Source of the DNA: an uncultured Gemmatimonadaceae bacterium
GTDB lineage: Bacteria > Gemmatimonadota > Gemmatimonadetes > Gemmatimonadales > Gemmatimonadaceae
NCBI GenBank assembly: GCA_963829055.1
Contig: CAWHHI010000003.1
Coordinates: 128,001 to 192,000 of the forward strand
Length of the DNA stretch: 64,000 nucleotides
Reading direction: 5' to 3'
Below are positions 44,126-54,531 of this stretch, piece after piece; positions within the stretch are counted from its first letter, which is position 1; each line of letters opens with the position of its first letter. The position numbers and the translations under genes were made by a program. Under the pieces are notes generated by a model. The model did not search any database, had not been told where the DNA came from, and saw only the letters and a list, made by a program, of their open reading frames with translations.

Positions 44126-47100
44126 ATGCGCCTACGTGCACGTCCGATTTCTCGTACCGCATTCGCGTTCGCTACAGTCGTAGCGATCCTTGGAGCCACA
44201 ACCGTCGGCCGCCCGCTCGACGCGCAGCAACTCGGCTCGATTCGCGGCCGCGTGATGGTCGAGGGGATCAACCGGCCCCTCGGCGCCGCGCAGGTCAGCG
44301 TCGTCGGCACCCAGATCGGCGCGCAGACGAACGACGACGGCGAGTATCGCCTCAACAATGTGCCTCCCGGGCCGCGCACGGTCCGCGTGCAGCGCATCGG
44401 GTTCGCGGCAGCGACGAGCCCGGTCACAGTCGCCGCCGGAGGGACGGCAACGCTCGACTTCACCATCCGCGAAGCGCCCGTCTCACTCGAGCAGGTCGTC
44501 GTGACGGCGACCGGGGACGTTAGGCGCAAGGAAGTGTCGAACAGCATGGCGACGATCTCGGCCGAGCAGGTCGAGAATGCGCCGGTGGCGAACACTCAGC
44601 AATTGCTGAGCGCCCAGACCCCGGGCGTCACCGTGCTGTCGAACTCCGGGCAGCCGGGTGCCGGCGGTACGATCCGTCTGCGAGGCAACAACAGCATCTC
44701 GCAGAGCAACAACCCGATCATCTACGTCGACGGCGTCCGCATCTTCAGCGGCTCGACGCCGACGGTCGCGAACGCGCGCCAGACGACGGCGCCGTTCAAC
44801 GACATCCGCTCCGAGGACATCGAGCGGATCGAAGTGGTGAAGGGCGCAGCGGCGACGACGCTCTACGGTACCGAGGCGTCCGGCGGTGTGATCCAGATCT
44901 TCACGAAGCGCGGCCGCAGCGGAGCCCCACGCTGGAACCTCGATGTCGGCGCCGGCACGAACGACCTCGACTATCTCCAGGTGAACGGCGATCCGACGGC
45001 AGTGCATTCTAAAGGAGTGCCGCGGCCCGAACATGTACGGCGTCGATGTCACGCCGACGAGCACCACGTTCGGCCAGAACGTGCGGTACGAGGACCCGAC
45101 CTGCCCGTCGAGCGACAAGTGGATCCGGACCGGCGCCATACAGCGCTACTCATCGTCCGTCGCGGGCGGCGGGGACATCATGCAGTACTTCATGACGGGC
45201 AACTTCTCCGACGAGCAGGGCGCGATCGAGACGAGCGACTACAAGACCGGCGGCTTCCGCGGGAATTTCTCGTTCAGACCGGTGCGGCAGCTCGAGTTCG
45301 CGTCTCAACTCATCGTACCAGCGCGGTGACCAGGCGTGGGTGCCGGATGGCAACCTGGCGAACGGGTTCCTGCTCAACGTCGGACGCGGCACCAACGGCA
45401 ACTACCGGGGCTCGGGGTGCAGCACGGCAGTCACCGTCTGCATGAACAACGCGCAGATTCTCGACATCGAGACGACGACGCGTACCGACCACTTCATCTC
45501 TGGCTTCACACTCAACTACTCGCCGATCGATCCGTGGACGAACCGCCTAACGATCGGCTACGACTACAACAACGTCGAGAACCGGACGGTGATTCCGTTC
45601 GGGAACCTTCGCTCTCCGCTCGGCTCGCTCTCGCAGACCGACTGGAACCGGAGGTTCCTGTCGGTCGATTACGCGTCGACGCTGAAGAAGGACTTCGGCA
45701 GCACCTGGGGCACGACGACATCGCTCGGCGGGCAGCTGTTCCAGGACAACCTGCTGAGCACGGGTGTGGGCGGTGAACAGTTCTCCGGGCCGGGCGACCC
45801 GGTGCTGACGAGCGCGTCGATTCGCACCATCGGCGAGAACACGCGGCGGCGCGTCGTGAACGCCGGACTGTTCTTCCAGGAGCAGCTGGCCTGGAACGAC
45901 CGCGCCTTCCTCACCGCCGGTGTCCGCGTGGATGGGAACAGCGCGTTCGGGAAGGACTTCGGTCTGCAGGCGTACCCGAAGCTCGGGTTCGCGTATGCGC
46001 TCTCCGACCACGACTTCTGGCCGAAGACGAAGATCGAGACGTTCAAGCTGCGCGCGGCGGTCGGCGAATCCGGCAAGGCGCCGGGGGCGTTCGACGCGAC
46101 GCGCACGTGGGCCCCGATCGCCGGCGACGAGGCGAAGCCTGGATTCTCGCCCGAGCAGATCGGCAACCCGAAGCTCGGACCCGAGCGCACGCGCGAGCTC
46201 GAGGTCGGCTTCGAGGCGAGCGCGTTTGCCGGCCGCTACTCGGCGGACGTCACGTACTTCAACACGCGCACGCTCGACGCGCTCATTCAGGTGCGCTACC
46301 CGCCGTCGCAGGGCTTCCTCAACCGGCAGCTCGAGAACATCGGCGAGGTCCAGAACCAGGGGCTCGAAGCGCGTCTCGAAGCCGGGTTCCTCCGCCGCGA
46401 GAAGGTCGATTGGCGCGGCCGCGTGAACTACACGCACATCAAGAGCGAGGCGACCGACATCGGCGGCGAGCCGCTCATTGCCGCCGGCGGCACGTTCACC
46501 GAGGTGCGGAAGGGGTATCCCGTCACGTCGCTGTTCGCGAGGGTCGTGACCAACCCGAACGCGATCGCCGCGCCGACGTTCAGCGACACGAACGTCTTCA
46601 TCGGGCCGACGTTCCCCGACGACGTGATCGGTGTCGGCTCGACGCTCACGCTCTGGGACCGGTTCTCGATCGACGGGCTCGGCGAATTCCAGAAGGGCGG
46701 CTACAACATCAACTTCGTCGGCTACCAGAACGCGCTGCGCGGAAACTGGTTCGCGTGCTACGACGTGCAGCGCAAGCTCGCCGCGGCCACGAAGGGCGAC
46801 GCGTCCGCGCTCAACGGCGTGACGGCGCTGCAACGCGCGCGGTGCTCGATCGATCGCACCTCGCAGTTCTCCGACGTGTGGATCGAGCCGATCGACTTCT
46901 TCCGGCTGCGCTACGTGACCGTGAGCTACAAGGTCCCGCCGCGCCTGCTCCGTGGCATGGAAGGAGCGACGCTCACGTTTGCAGGGCGCAACCTGTTCTA
47001 CAACTCGGACTACTCGGGTCTCGACCCGGAGTCGGCGGACCAATCCGACAGCCAGGTGGGGCGGCGTGAGTACTACGTGCTCCCGCAGCTCCGCTCGTTC

Positions 47101-47127
47101 TCCATTTCGCTCCGAATGAACTGGTAA
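44126..47127 (+). CDS. SusC/RagA-type TonB-dependent receptor (frameshifts near 45010 and 45310)
   Basis: CarboxypepD-like N-domain, EQVVVTATG, IRLRG..S, PIIYVDGV, DIERIEVVKGAAA.TLYG..AS.GVIQIFTKRG plug, R.DG.SAFG, C-terminal W. Confidence 0.9.
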
Positions 47128-47146
47128 CCGCCTGAGGAACCTACCG

Positions 47147-48403
47147 ATGACGATCATGACAATGATTCGGCGAGCCTCGGGCGCGTTAGGCGTCACGGTT
47201 CTCGCCTCGTGCAACTTCTTCGACGTCACCAATCCGGGGCCGATCGCCGACGAGAACCTCGACACGCCCGGGGCAATGCCCGGGCTCGTGACGGGGATGT
47301 CGTTCGACCTCTCGCGCGGGGTGAACATCGCGACCCAGGCGCTCCCGATCATCTCCGACGAGCTGTACCACGGCGGCAGCTATACGCCCGAGGGACTCTT
47401 CAACCGCGGGATCGTTCGCCCCGAAGACGCGAACGACCTGTGGGGCACCATTCAGCGTGCGCGGTGGGTCGCGGAATCGGGCATCGAGCGCATGAAGACG
47501 GTGCTCGGCGAAGGGTTCGCGACGAACGCGCTTTCGGCGCGCGCGTACATCTACGCGGGGCTCGCCAATCGTCTCGCCGGCGAAAATCTGTGCGAGGCCG
47601 TGATCGACGGCGGCCCGGCGGAGGACTTCAAGGTGCTACTTCACGCGCGCCGACGACGACTTCACCGCAAGCGATCACGCATCGCGAACAAGCTCACTGG
47701 GTCGCTCAAGGACTCGCTGCTTCGCGTCGCGTACGGCGGGCGAGCGTCGGTGCGTGCGGCACAGGGGAAGTGGGCCGAAGCCGTGGCCGACGCGGCGCTC
47801 GTGCCGACGAGCTACGTGTTCGTGGCGCCGTTCTCGACGAACACGACCGCCGAGAACAACGGCCTCGTGACGGAGACCACCGACCGCTCCGAGTACACGG
47901 TGTACAACTCGCAGTGGGCGCAGGTGTTCAAAGACCCGCGCGTTCCGTGGGACACGGTCAAGACGACGAGCGGAGCGATCGCCGTGGGTCAGGACGGTCG
48001 CACGCCGTTCTTCCGGCAGCGGAAGTACGTGAACAAGGGCTCCGACGTGCCGCTGGTGAAAGGCACGGAGATGCTCATGCTCCGCGCCGAGGCGGCCCTT
48101 CGGAACAACGACGTCGCGGGCGCGATGACGCTGATCAACCAGCAGCGCGCGTTCTACAGCACGGCGGCCGGACCGCTGCCGGCACTGACCGCGTCGACGG
48201 CAGCTGACGCGTGGCGCATCCTGGAGAAGGAGCGCGGCGCGGTGCTGTGGCTCGAGACGCGGCGGTTGTGGGACCTGCGCCGGTGGAATGCGGAGCCGCC
48301 CCCGATCAAGAACACGTTCCTCGACAACCGCGACAAGTGCATCCCGATCAGCCAGAACGAGCTGCAGTCCAACCCGAACCTTCGCGGGCGGGCGGGAACG
48401 TGA
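47147..48403 (+). CDS. SusD/RagB-type lipoprotein
   Basis: Lipobox LASC; EML..RAEAAL, ER...LWLE.RRLWDLRRW, CIPIS.NE..SNPN. Confidence 0.88.
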   Translation: MTIMTMIRRASGALGVTVLASCNFFDVTNPGPIADENLDTPGAMPGLVTGMSFDLSRGVNIATQALPIISDELYHGGSYTPEGLFNRGIVRPEDANDLWGTIQRARWVAESGIERMKTVLGEGFATNALSARAYIYAGLANRLAGENLCEAVIDGGPAEDFKVLLHARRRRLHRKRSRIANKLTGSLKDSLLRVAYGGRASVRAAQGKWAEAVADAALVPTSYVFVAPFSTNTTAENNGLVTETTDRSEYTVYNSQWAQVFKDPRVPWDTVKTTSGAIAVGQDGRTPFFRQRKYVNKGSDVPLVKGTEMLMLRAEAALRNNDVAGAMTLINQQRAFYSTAAGPLPALTASTAADAWRILEKERGAVLWLETRRLWDLRRWNAEPPPIKNTFLDNRDKCIPISQNELQSNPNLRGRAGT

Positions 48404-48449
48404 TGCCACGGGGCCTCGAGCGAGACGACGTCGGCGTTAGGGCGCGTAC

Positions 48450-48902
48450 GTGAACACGCGACGTTGGACCGCGGTGTCGGTCGGTGTGCTGCACGTCTGC
48501 ACGGCGTGTTACGCGTACACGCCGGTGCACACGCCGCCGCCGCCGGGATCGCAAGTGGCGCTCGAGGTCACCGATGAGGGACGCGTCGCGCTCAATGACA
48601 AGATCGGCCCTGGCGTCGTGCGGCTCGAGGGCACGCTCGCCGGGGTCGAGGGCGGCGACCTCCTGGTCGATGCGAGCGCCGTCCGGCAGGTCCGTGGCTA
48701 CGTCTCGGATCTGGGTGGCGTTCGCGTTCGGCTACCGCAGCAGTACGTGACGCGAATGGACGAGCGGCAGCTCTCACGCAAGCGGACGTTCCTCGTGAGC
48801 GCCGCCATCGTCGGCGCGATCGCGGCCTTTTTTATCGCGAAAGGAGTCAGTGGTCATAGCACACCGCCCGAGGTGACCGGGGGTGGGGGACCAGATCAAT
48901 GA
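48450..48902 (+). CDS. Hypothetical lipoprotein with C-terminal TM
   Basis: CTAC(Y.Y.P) lipobox-like motif; hydrophobic C-terminal segment; coupled to the next gene. Confidence 0.6.
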   Translation: MNTRRWTAVSVGVLHVCTACYAYTPVHTPPPPGSQVALEVTDEGRVALNDKIGPGVVRLEGTLAGVEGGDLLVDASAVRQVRGYVSDLGGVRVRLPQQYVTRMDERQLSRKRTFLVSAAIVGAIAAFFIAKGVSGHSTPPEVTGGGGPDQ

Positions 48903-49904
48903 GGGCCTTGATGTGGAGTCGGTCGCTGGCGGGACTGCTCGCACTCTCGGCATGCGGTGGCGGCGACGACCCCACGGGCACTCCGGTTGTCGCTGGCGCA
49001 ACGTTGGCGGTGAGCGTGAGTGGGCTCGTTCCGCTCGACCCTGCGGTTGACGGGCGCTACGAAGCGTGGGTCGTCGATCGCGCTGGCACGGCTACGTCGT
49101 TAGGCACGATCGACGCGTCGGGGGATGCGTCGTTCACGAACCCGGCCGCTGACGTCGCGTCGATATTCATCACGTACGAGCCGCGCGGTGACACCGACCC
49201 GGCGCCGTCGTCGCACCGCCTGCTCGTGGGACGCTTTCAGAACGGGCGCGCCACGTTGTCCGTGGTCGGCGCGCTGACCGTCAACGACACGCCGCTTCGC
49301 GAGAAGCCGGGGCAGTTCACGATGTTCTCGCCGAGCGACAACGCGATGCACGGGTACCCCTCGTTCGAGGAATCCGGGATCTGGCTGTTCAACATGGCGC
49401 CGCGCGACACCCCGCAGGGAGACATGTGGGTGCGCCTGACGCAGCTCCAGCCCGGCTGGGTCTACGAGGGCTGGATGGTGCGGGACATCGACACGCCGAA
49501 CGCGGTGTGGCTCTCGTACGGCAAGTTCCTTCCCGACCCCACCGGCACCGTCAACACGCGAGACGACACCGGATGGGGCGAGTTCTCCGGCGTCACGGAT
49601 TACCTGAAGGGCGAGGAGGAATTTCCCGGCGACGACTGGATCTCGAACCCGTTAGGCTACGTCGTGCCCGGCGGGCTCACGCTGCCGCTCAACCTGCGTG
49701 AAAAGACGGCGAGCGGCGCGTCGCGCTGGACGCACGTGATCACCGTCGAGCCGTCGTCGGACCGCGGCGAACCGGTGACGACGCCGCGGCCGTTTACCGT
49801 CAGGCCGTACCGCGACCCGTTCGGCGACGGCGGGCCGGGAGCGCCTCGATCCATCACGTTCCATGCGGAGGGCGTGCCGCGCGGAGAGGTGGTGGCTACG
49901 GTGA
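48899..49904 (+). CDS. Lipoprotein with repeated YE(A/G)W motifs (family often labelled 'anti-sigma factor'); stop probably hidden by a 1-nt insertion
   Basis: LSAC lipobox; YEAWVV, LQPGWVYEGW, YGKF, FPGDDW, ITVEP; removing one G near 49894 gives EVVLR-TGA overlapping the next ATG. Confidence 0.6.
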
Positions 49905-51325
49905 TGCGCGCGATGCTGTCGTGCTGTACGGCAGCGACGCTGGTTACCGCGCTCGCCTGCTCCAGCGATCCTGTCTCACCAGGCAGCGTCGCGCGCGCGG
50001 AAGCCGGTCGGTGGGCCACGTGGGTGCTTCCCCGAGGCGACGCGCTCAGGCCGCCGGCGCCACCCGCCGAGGGGTCCGCGCAATCCGCCGCCGAGATCGA
50101 CGAGATCGTCCGCCTGCAGTCGGCGCGAACCGCGGCCACCGATTCGGTCGTTAGGCAGTACGCCGGCGACCCCGGCGCGCCATGGTCGCGACTTGCGGTC
50201 GGTCGCCTCGATTTCTACTGGCCACTCCTCCCGGACGTGCTCGTCGCGACGCCGGTGCGTGCGGCACGTGTCATGTCGCTGCTGCACGTGGCGATGTACG
50301 ACGCGGTCGTCGCGTCCTGGGACGCGAAGTACGCGTACAACCGCCGCGCTCCCGCATTGGCGAGTGGCCGCGTCAAAGCGCTCGTGCCGCTGGACGGCGT
50401 GCCGAGCTACCCGTCGGAGCACGCGGCGGCGGCGGCCGCCGCGGCAAGGATCCTGACGTACGCCTTCCCACTGGAGGACACGGCGTCGTTCACGCGTCAG
50501 GCGCGCGAAGCCGCCGAATCGCGCATCACTGCCGGTGCGGCGTACCGGAGCGACATCGACGCGGGGTGGGCGTTAGGCACGGCCGTCGCGCAACGAGTCA
50601 TGGACCGCGCGATGGCGGACGGCTCGGCGCAGGCGTGGACCGGAGCAGTACCGACGGGCGAGGGCATGTGGCAGCCGACGCCGCCGCGTCGCGTGCAGGT
50701 GCCGTTCGACGCGATGGCCGGTTCGTGGCGCACGTGGATCATTCCGTCCGGGAGCGCGTATCGTCCCGGCCCGCCACCAGCCATCGGGTCACCGCAGTTC
50801 AAGGCGGACCTCAACGAGCTGCTTCAGCTCGCGAGCGGCGGGCGTACCCAGGCGCAGATCGACGCGGCGCGCTACTGGGCCACCGACGCGCCGTCGATTC
50901 GCTGGGAGCTGTTCGCGGAGGACGAGATCGCATCGCATCGCCTGAGCGCGCCGCACGCCGCGCGCGCCCGCGCGTACCTGAGTGCGGCGATGTACGACGC
51001 GTTCGTCGCGTGCTGGGACACGAAGTTCACGTACTGGATGGCGCGGCCCGTGACGATGGACGCGTCGCTGCGCACTGTGTTCTCGACGCCCCCATTCCCG
51101 TCGTACCCGTCTGGTCACTCGACGCAATCGTCCGCGGCGGCCGAGGTAATGGCGGAGCTGTTCCCCGACCGCGCGGCGTTCTACCGAGCGAAAGCCGAGG
51201 AGGCGTCGCTCTCACGCATCTGGGCGGGCGTGCACTACCGGTTCGACGTGACGACCGGCGAGGCGTTAGGCGCGAAGGTCGGGGACGCCGTCGTCGCGCG
51301 GATGCGGAGCGACGGGGCCCAGTAG
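49904..51325 (+). CDS. Vanadium-dependent haloperoxidase/PAP2-family lipoprotein with two tandem domains
   Basis: Own signal and lipobox (LVTALAC). Domain 2: KFTYWMARP, PFPSYPSGH, SRIWAGVHYRFD. Domain 1: KYAYNRRAP, PSYPSEH, SRITAGAAYRSD. Confidence 0.82.
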   Translation: MRAMLSCCTAATLVTALACSSDPVSPGSVARAEAGRWATWVLPRGDALRPPAPPAEGSAQSAAEIDEIVRLQSARTAATDSVVRQYAGDPGAPWSRLAVGRLDFYWPLLPDVLVATPVRAARVMSLLHVAMYDAVVASWDAKYAYNRRAPALASGRVKALVPLDGVPSYPSEHAAAAAAAARILTYAFPLEDTASFTRQAREAAESRITAGAAYRSDIDAGWALGTAVAQRVMDRAMADGSAQAWTGAVPTGEGMWQPTPPRRVQVPFDAMAGSWRTWIIPSGSAYRPGPPPAIGSPQFKADLNELLQLASGGRTQAQIDAARYWATDAPSIRWELFAEDEIASHRLSAPHAARARAYLSAAMYDAFVACWDTKFTYWMARPVTMDASLRTVFSTPPFPSYPSGHSTQSSAAAEVMAELFPDRAAFYRAKAEEASLSRIWAGVHYRFDVTTGEALGAKVGDAVVARMRSDGAQ

Positions 51326-51439
51326 CACCCGCATGATCGAGGCTGCATGCCGCATGCAGCGTCCACGCAGCGCGCGGCCGCTGTTGGTAGCACACAGCGA
51401 GTGGCCGATGCGACGTGCAAGTAGCAAACAGCACGCAGT

Positions 51440-53522
51440 CTATAGAAGTATGTCATTCCGGATTCGGCGGCGGACGCCCCACCAGAGCGCGCCGAGCGCG
51501 GTCGATCGCCGAAGCTCGATGCTCGCCTCACCCGTGGCGCCGGCTCGCCAGCCGGTGTCGCGCCGAAGGGGCACGCGGATCTCGATCGCGCCTTCACCGC
51601 CAACACTCGCCGGGGCCACGCCGATCACGGTAGCGTCCACCGGTCGAGCGCCGTCGGCGTACGAGATCAGGTGGACTACCTGACCCGGCCGCACGTTCAG
51701 CGCGCCCGCCTGTTTCAACGCGATTCGAGCTTCCAGCGCATCGAGCGTCGCGACACGCAGGATGCGATCGCCAGCCTCCACGCGATGGCCCTCCAGCTCC
51801 TGCACCCGCGGTGTCGCGATCGATCCAGCCATCGGCGCTCGCAGCGTCAGCGCATCGAAGCGTATCCGCAGAGCGGTCGCCTGCGCCGTCGCCTGCGCCC
51901 GCTCCGCCTCGACGCGTTCCGTTACGCCGCCGACCGAGGCGGCACGAGCTCGCGACGCCGCGAGGGTAAGTGAATCCAGGACGCGGCCGGCTGTGAGCAG
52001 ATCGCGCTCGAGATCGCGCTCGACGAGCCGCACGAGGGGCGCGCCGGCAGTCACCGTCATCCCCTCACGCACGAACACGGCACCGATGAGCGCGCTGTCG
52101 GGCGCGGTGAGGTCGAGCGCGTTCACCGGCGCCACGACGAATCGCCCGCCAGTGGTGACCGTCCACGGCAGGAGGGCGAGCAGCAGCACCGTGCCTAACG
52201 TCATGATGGCCGGCCACCGCCAGCGGGCCATTCCGCGCCGCTCGCCGCGCCGTGCACGAATCGCGAGAGCGATCGACCGGCCCCACTCCATGATGCCGCG
52301 ACGTGCCAGCATGAAGATGAGCCCGAGCGCGATCAACGCACCGGCTGCGCCCAATGCCTGGTGGGCCCGACCGACGACCCACAGGCCGATGAACGTGAAC
52401 GTCGCCGCGATGTAGACAGTCGCCAGCGCGCCGTAGATGAGGAACACGCGGCGCTCGCGGTCGGTCGCGGCCGGCTCCGGAATTTCGAGTCGAAGCACGT
52501 GGCGTCGCGCCCACCACCCGAAGTACTCCCGCGCGCGCAGGCGCAGGTTAGGGATCTCGAGCCAGTCGGTGAGCGCGAAGTAGCCGTCGAGCGGAAGCAG
52601 TGGATTCGCGTTCGTGAGCAGCGCGGTGAAGCCGCCTAACAACATCGTCGCGACGGCGATCTCCGACGCCAGTGTCCCCGGTCGGGCGATGGTCCAGACG
52701 ATGGCCGCGAGGCCCGTGACGACGAACTCGATCCATCCACCGGCCGCCGTCACCCAGAGCCGCGAGCGGAGGCTGGTGAAGCTCCAGGCGTCGTTGACGT
52801 TGCAGTAGAAGGCCGGCTGGAAGTACATGAGCATGAAGCCCATCTCGTGGACCTCGCCGCCGAACTGCTTGCAGGCGAATCCATGCCCGATCTCGTGGAT
52901 GAACGTCACCGTCAGCAACACGACACCACAGCAACAGTGCCGAGCCGACCGTGATGTTCGACGGTGCGTACAGCGCGGCCACGGCACGCGAGAACTCGGT
53001 CCACGTAGCGGCGATGATCAGGAAATACACAGCGAATATCGCCAGCGACGCGACCACGAAGCCGCGCGTGAACATCCAGCGGACCGACGGCAGCGTGCGA
53101 TTGAACATCGCGTCGGGGTCACCGAACGACCATCGCATGCGCAGCAGCTCGCCACGGAACAGTGTCGGCCGCCTGCGACGCCGACGATCGGCACGAATGC
53201 GCTCGAGCTCCACCGTCGTTCGCTCCGCCAGCGTGCGTTCGAGCAGACCGATGGACGCGAGCTTCCGCGCGAACCCCTCCACCGCCCGTGCGGTCAGTCG
53301 CACGCCATCGGCGGCGAGCGCGGCCGCGATCTCGTCTGGCGTGCGACTTCCGTCGAAGTACCGCATGACGCCCATCTCGACCGGACGGAAGCGAAAATAC
53401 TTCTGCGTCGCCGGGTCCTTCACGACGAAGCTCGTCTCGCCGCGGAAGACCTGCTCCACGATGGCGAGCTCCGGGCGAAGGCGTGGCCCGCCAGCACCAC
53501 TGGTCAGCGCAATGCTGCTCAT
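51440..53522 (-). CDS. PqqD/RRE-like domain + M50 site-2 metalloprotease + HlyD-type adaptor fusion (frameshift near 52940)
   Basis: N-terminal FVVKDPATQKYFRF...GVMRYFDGSRT.DEIA; FIHEIGHG..CK.FGGEVHEMG; NANPLLPLDGYF; C-terminal VFVREG..V.AG.PL and LRAPMAG lipoyl motifs. Confidence 0.85.
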
Positions 53523-53535
53523 CGCGAACGCGACC

Positions 53536-54531
53536 TCACCGCGTCACGACCGCCGATCGCATGACACGCTCGCCTGACGAGAGTCCGCTCAGCACCTCGA
53601 CCCGCCCACCACCGAGATCGGCGCCGACGGTCACCGCACGGAGCGACGTGCGTCCGTTCTCCGCGACGAGCACGAACCCGTCAGGTGACACCGCCTCGCG
53701 CGGAACGGAGACCGCCTGTCGTGTCCGATCCCCGAGTTTGACGACGACGCTCGCGCCGGGAAGGAGATCGGCGCTGGTCGCGAGCCTGAGCACCACCTCG
53801 CGCGTCCCACTCGCGGGATCGATGGCCGGCGCCGCGTGAAGCACGCTCGCCTTTACGCTCGTGCCGGACATGCCGGCGACGACCGCCTGGTCACCAACGC
53901 GCACCATCGTCGCGCTGCCCTCGGGAATGCGCACGCGCGCGAGCAGCGGGCCGGCCTCGGTGACGCGGAACAGCGTGTCACCGGCGGCGACGAACCGGCC
54001 GGGTCGTGCATAACGAGTGGTGACGACACCGCCGAACGGCGCAACGATGTGCGTGAGTTCGAGGTCCCGGCGTGCCTTGCGTCGCGCGAGGTCGGCTTGC
54101 GTGTACTGGAACTCGACCTGCTCCGAATCGGCGGCGGTGATCCCTCCGGCCTTGGTCATGGCGCGCGCACGCTTCACGAGGTGGCCGACGTTTTCGTACG
54201 TCGCCTCTGTCTGGGCGAGCGCGAGCTCCTGCTCGGCGCTCTCGAGACGGGCGAGGGACGTGCCCGCGCTCACGCGTGATCCGAGCTCGGTGAGCACCGA
54301 ATCGATCACGCCGGCCGATCGCGCGACGACGACCGCATCGTGCTCGACGTAGAGCTGCGCGGGAAGCTCGAGCGGCGCCCGCGCGGTCACGGTCGCGACG
54401 AGGAGGCCGGCCGTGTCCGGTATCACTGTAGCGGCTCGAGCCTCCGCAGCCGGCCGTGGGCCGCACGCCGCGGCCAGGAAGGCGAGCACACACGGGAACA
54501 GCGCGAGCACCGCACGGCCGCGCACGGTCAT
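53536..54531 (-). CDS. Efflux periplasmic adaptor (MFP) lipoprotein
   Basis: LAAAC lipobox; VVARSAGVI..V..ELG..V, IVAPFGGVV, IDPASGT, L.PG, VEVLSGL..GERV; may extend to 53519. Confidence 0.85.
   Translation of the reverse strand: MTVRGRAVLALFPCVLAFLAAACGPRPAAEARAATVIPDTAGLLVATVTARAPLELPAQLYVEHDAVVVARSAGVIDSVLTELGSRVSAGTSLARLESAEQELALAQTEATYENVGHLVKRARAMTKAGGITAADSEQVEFQYTQADLARRKARRDLELTHIVAPFGGVVTTRYARPGRFVAAGDTLFRVTEAGPLLARVRIPEGSATMVRVGDQAVVAGMSGTSVKASVLHAAPAIDPASGTREVVLRLATSADLLPGASVVVKLGDRTRQAVSVPREAVSPDGFVLVAENGRTSLRAVTVGADLGGGRVEVLSGLSSGERVMRSAVVTR

Noticed and set aside
48899..51325. Apparent 808-aa lipoprotein-haloperoxidase fusion
   Set aside because: A second signal peptide and lipobox start at 49904, and deleting one G near 49894 restores a TGATG stop/start overlap. 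Most likely two genes joined by an indel error.
49904..53522. Haloperoxidase (or the distant TldD/E) as tailoring enzyme for the LEERIAP peptides
   Set aside because: The haloperoxidase is convergent and belongs to the susCD run, and tldD/E are over 30 kb away. Proximity is the only link.
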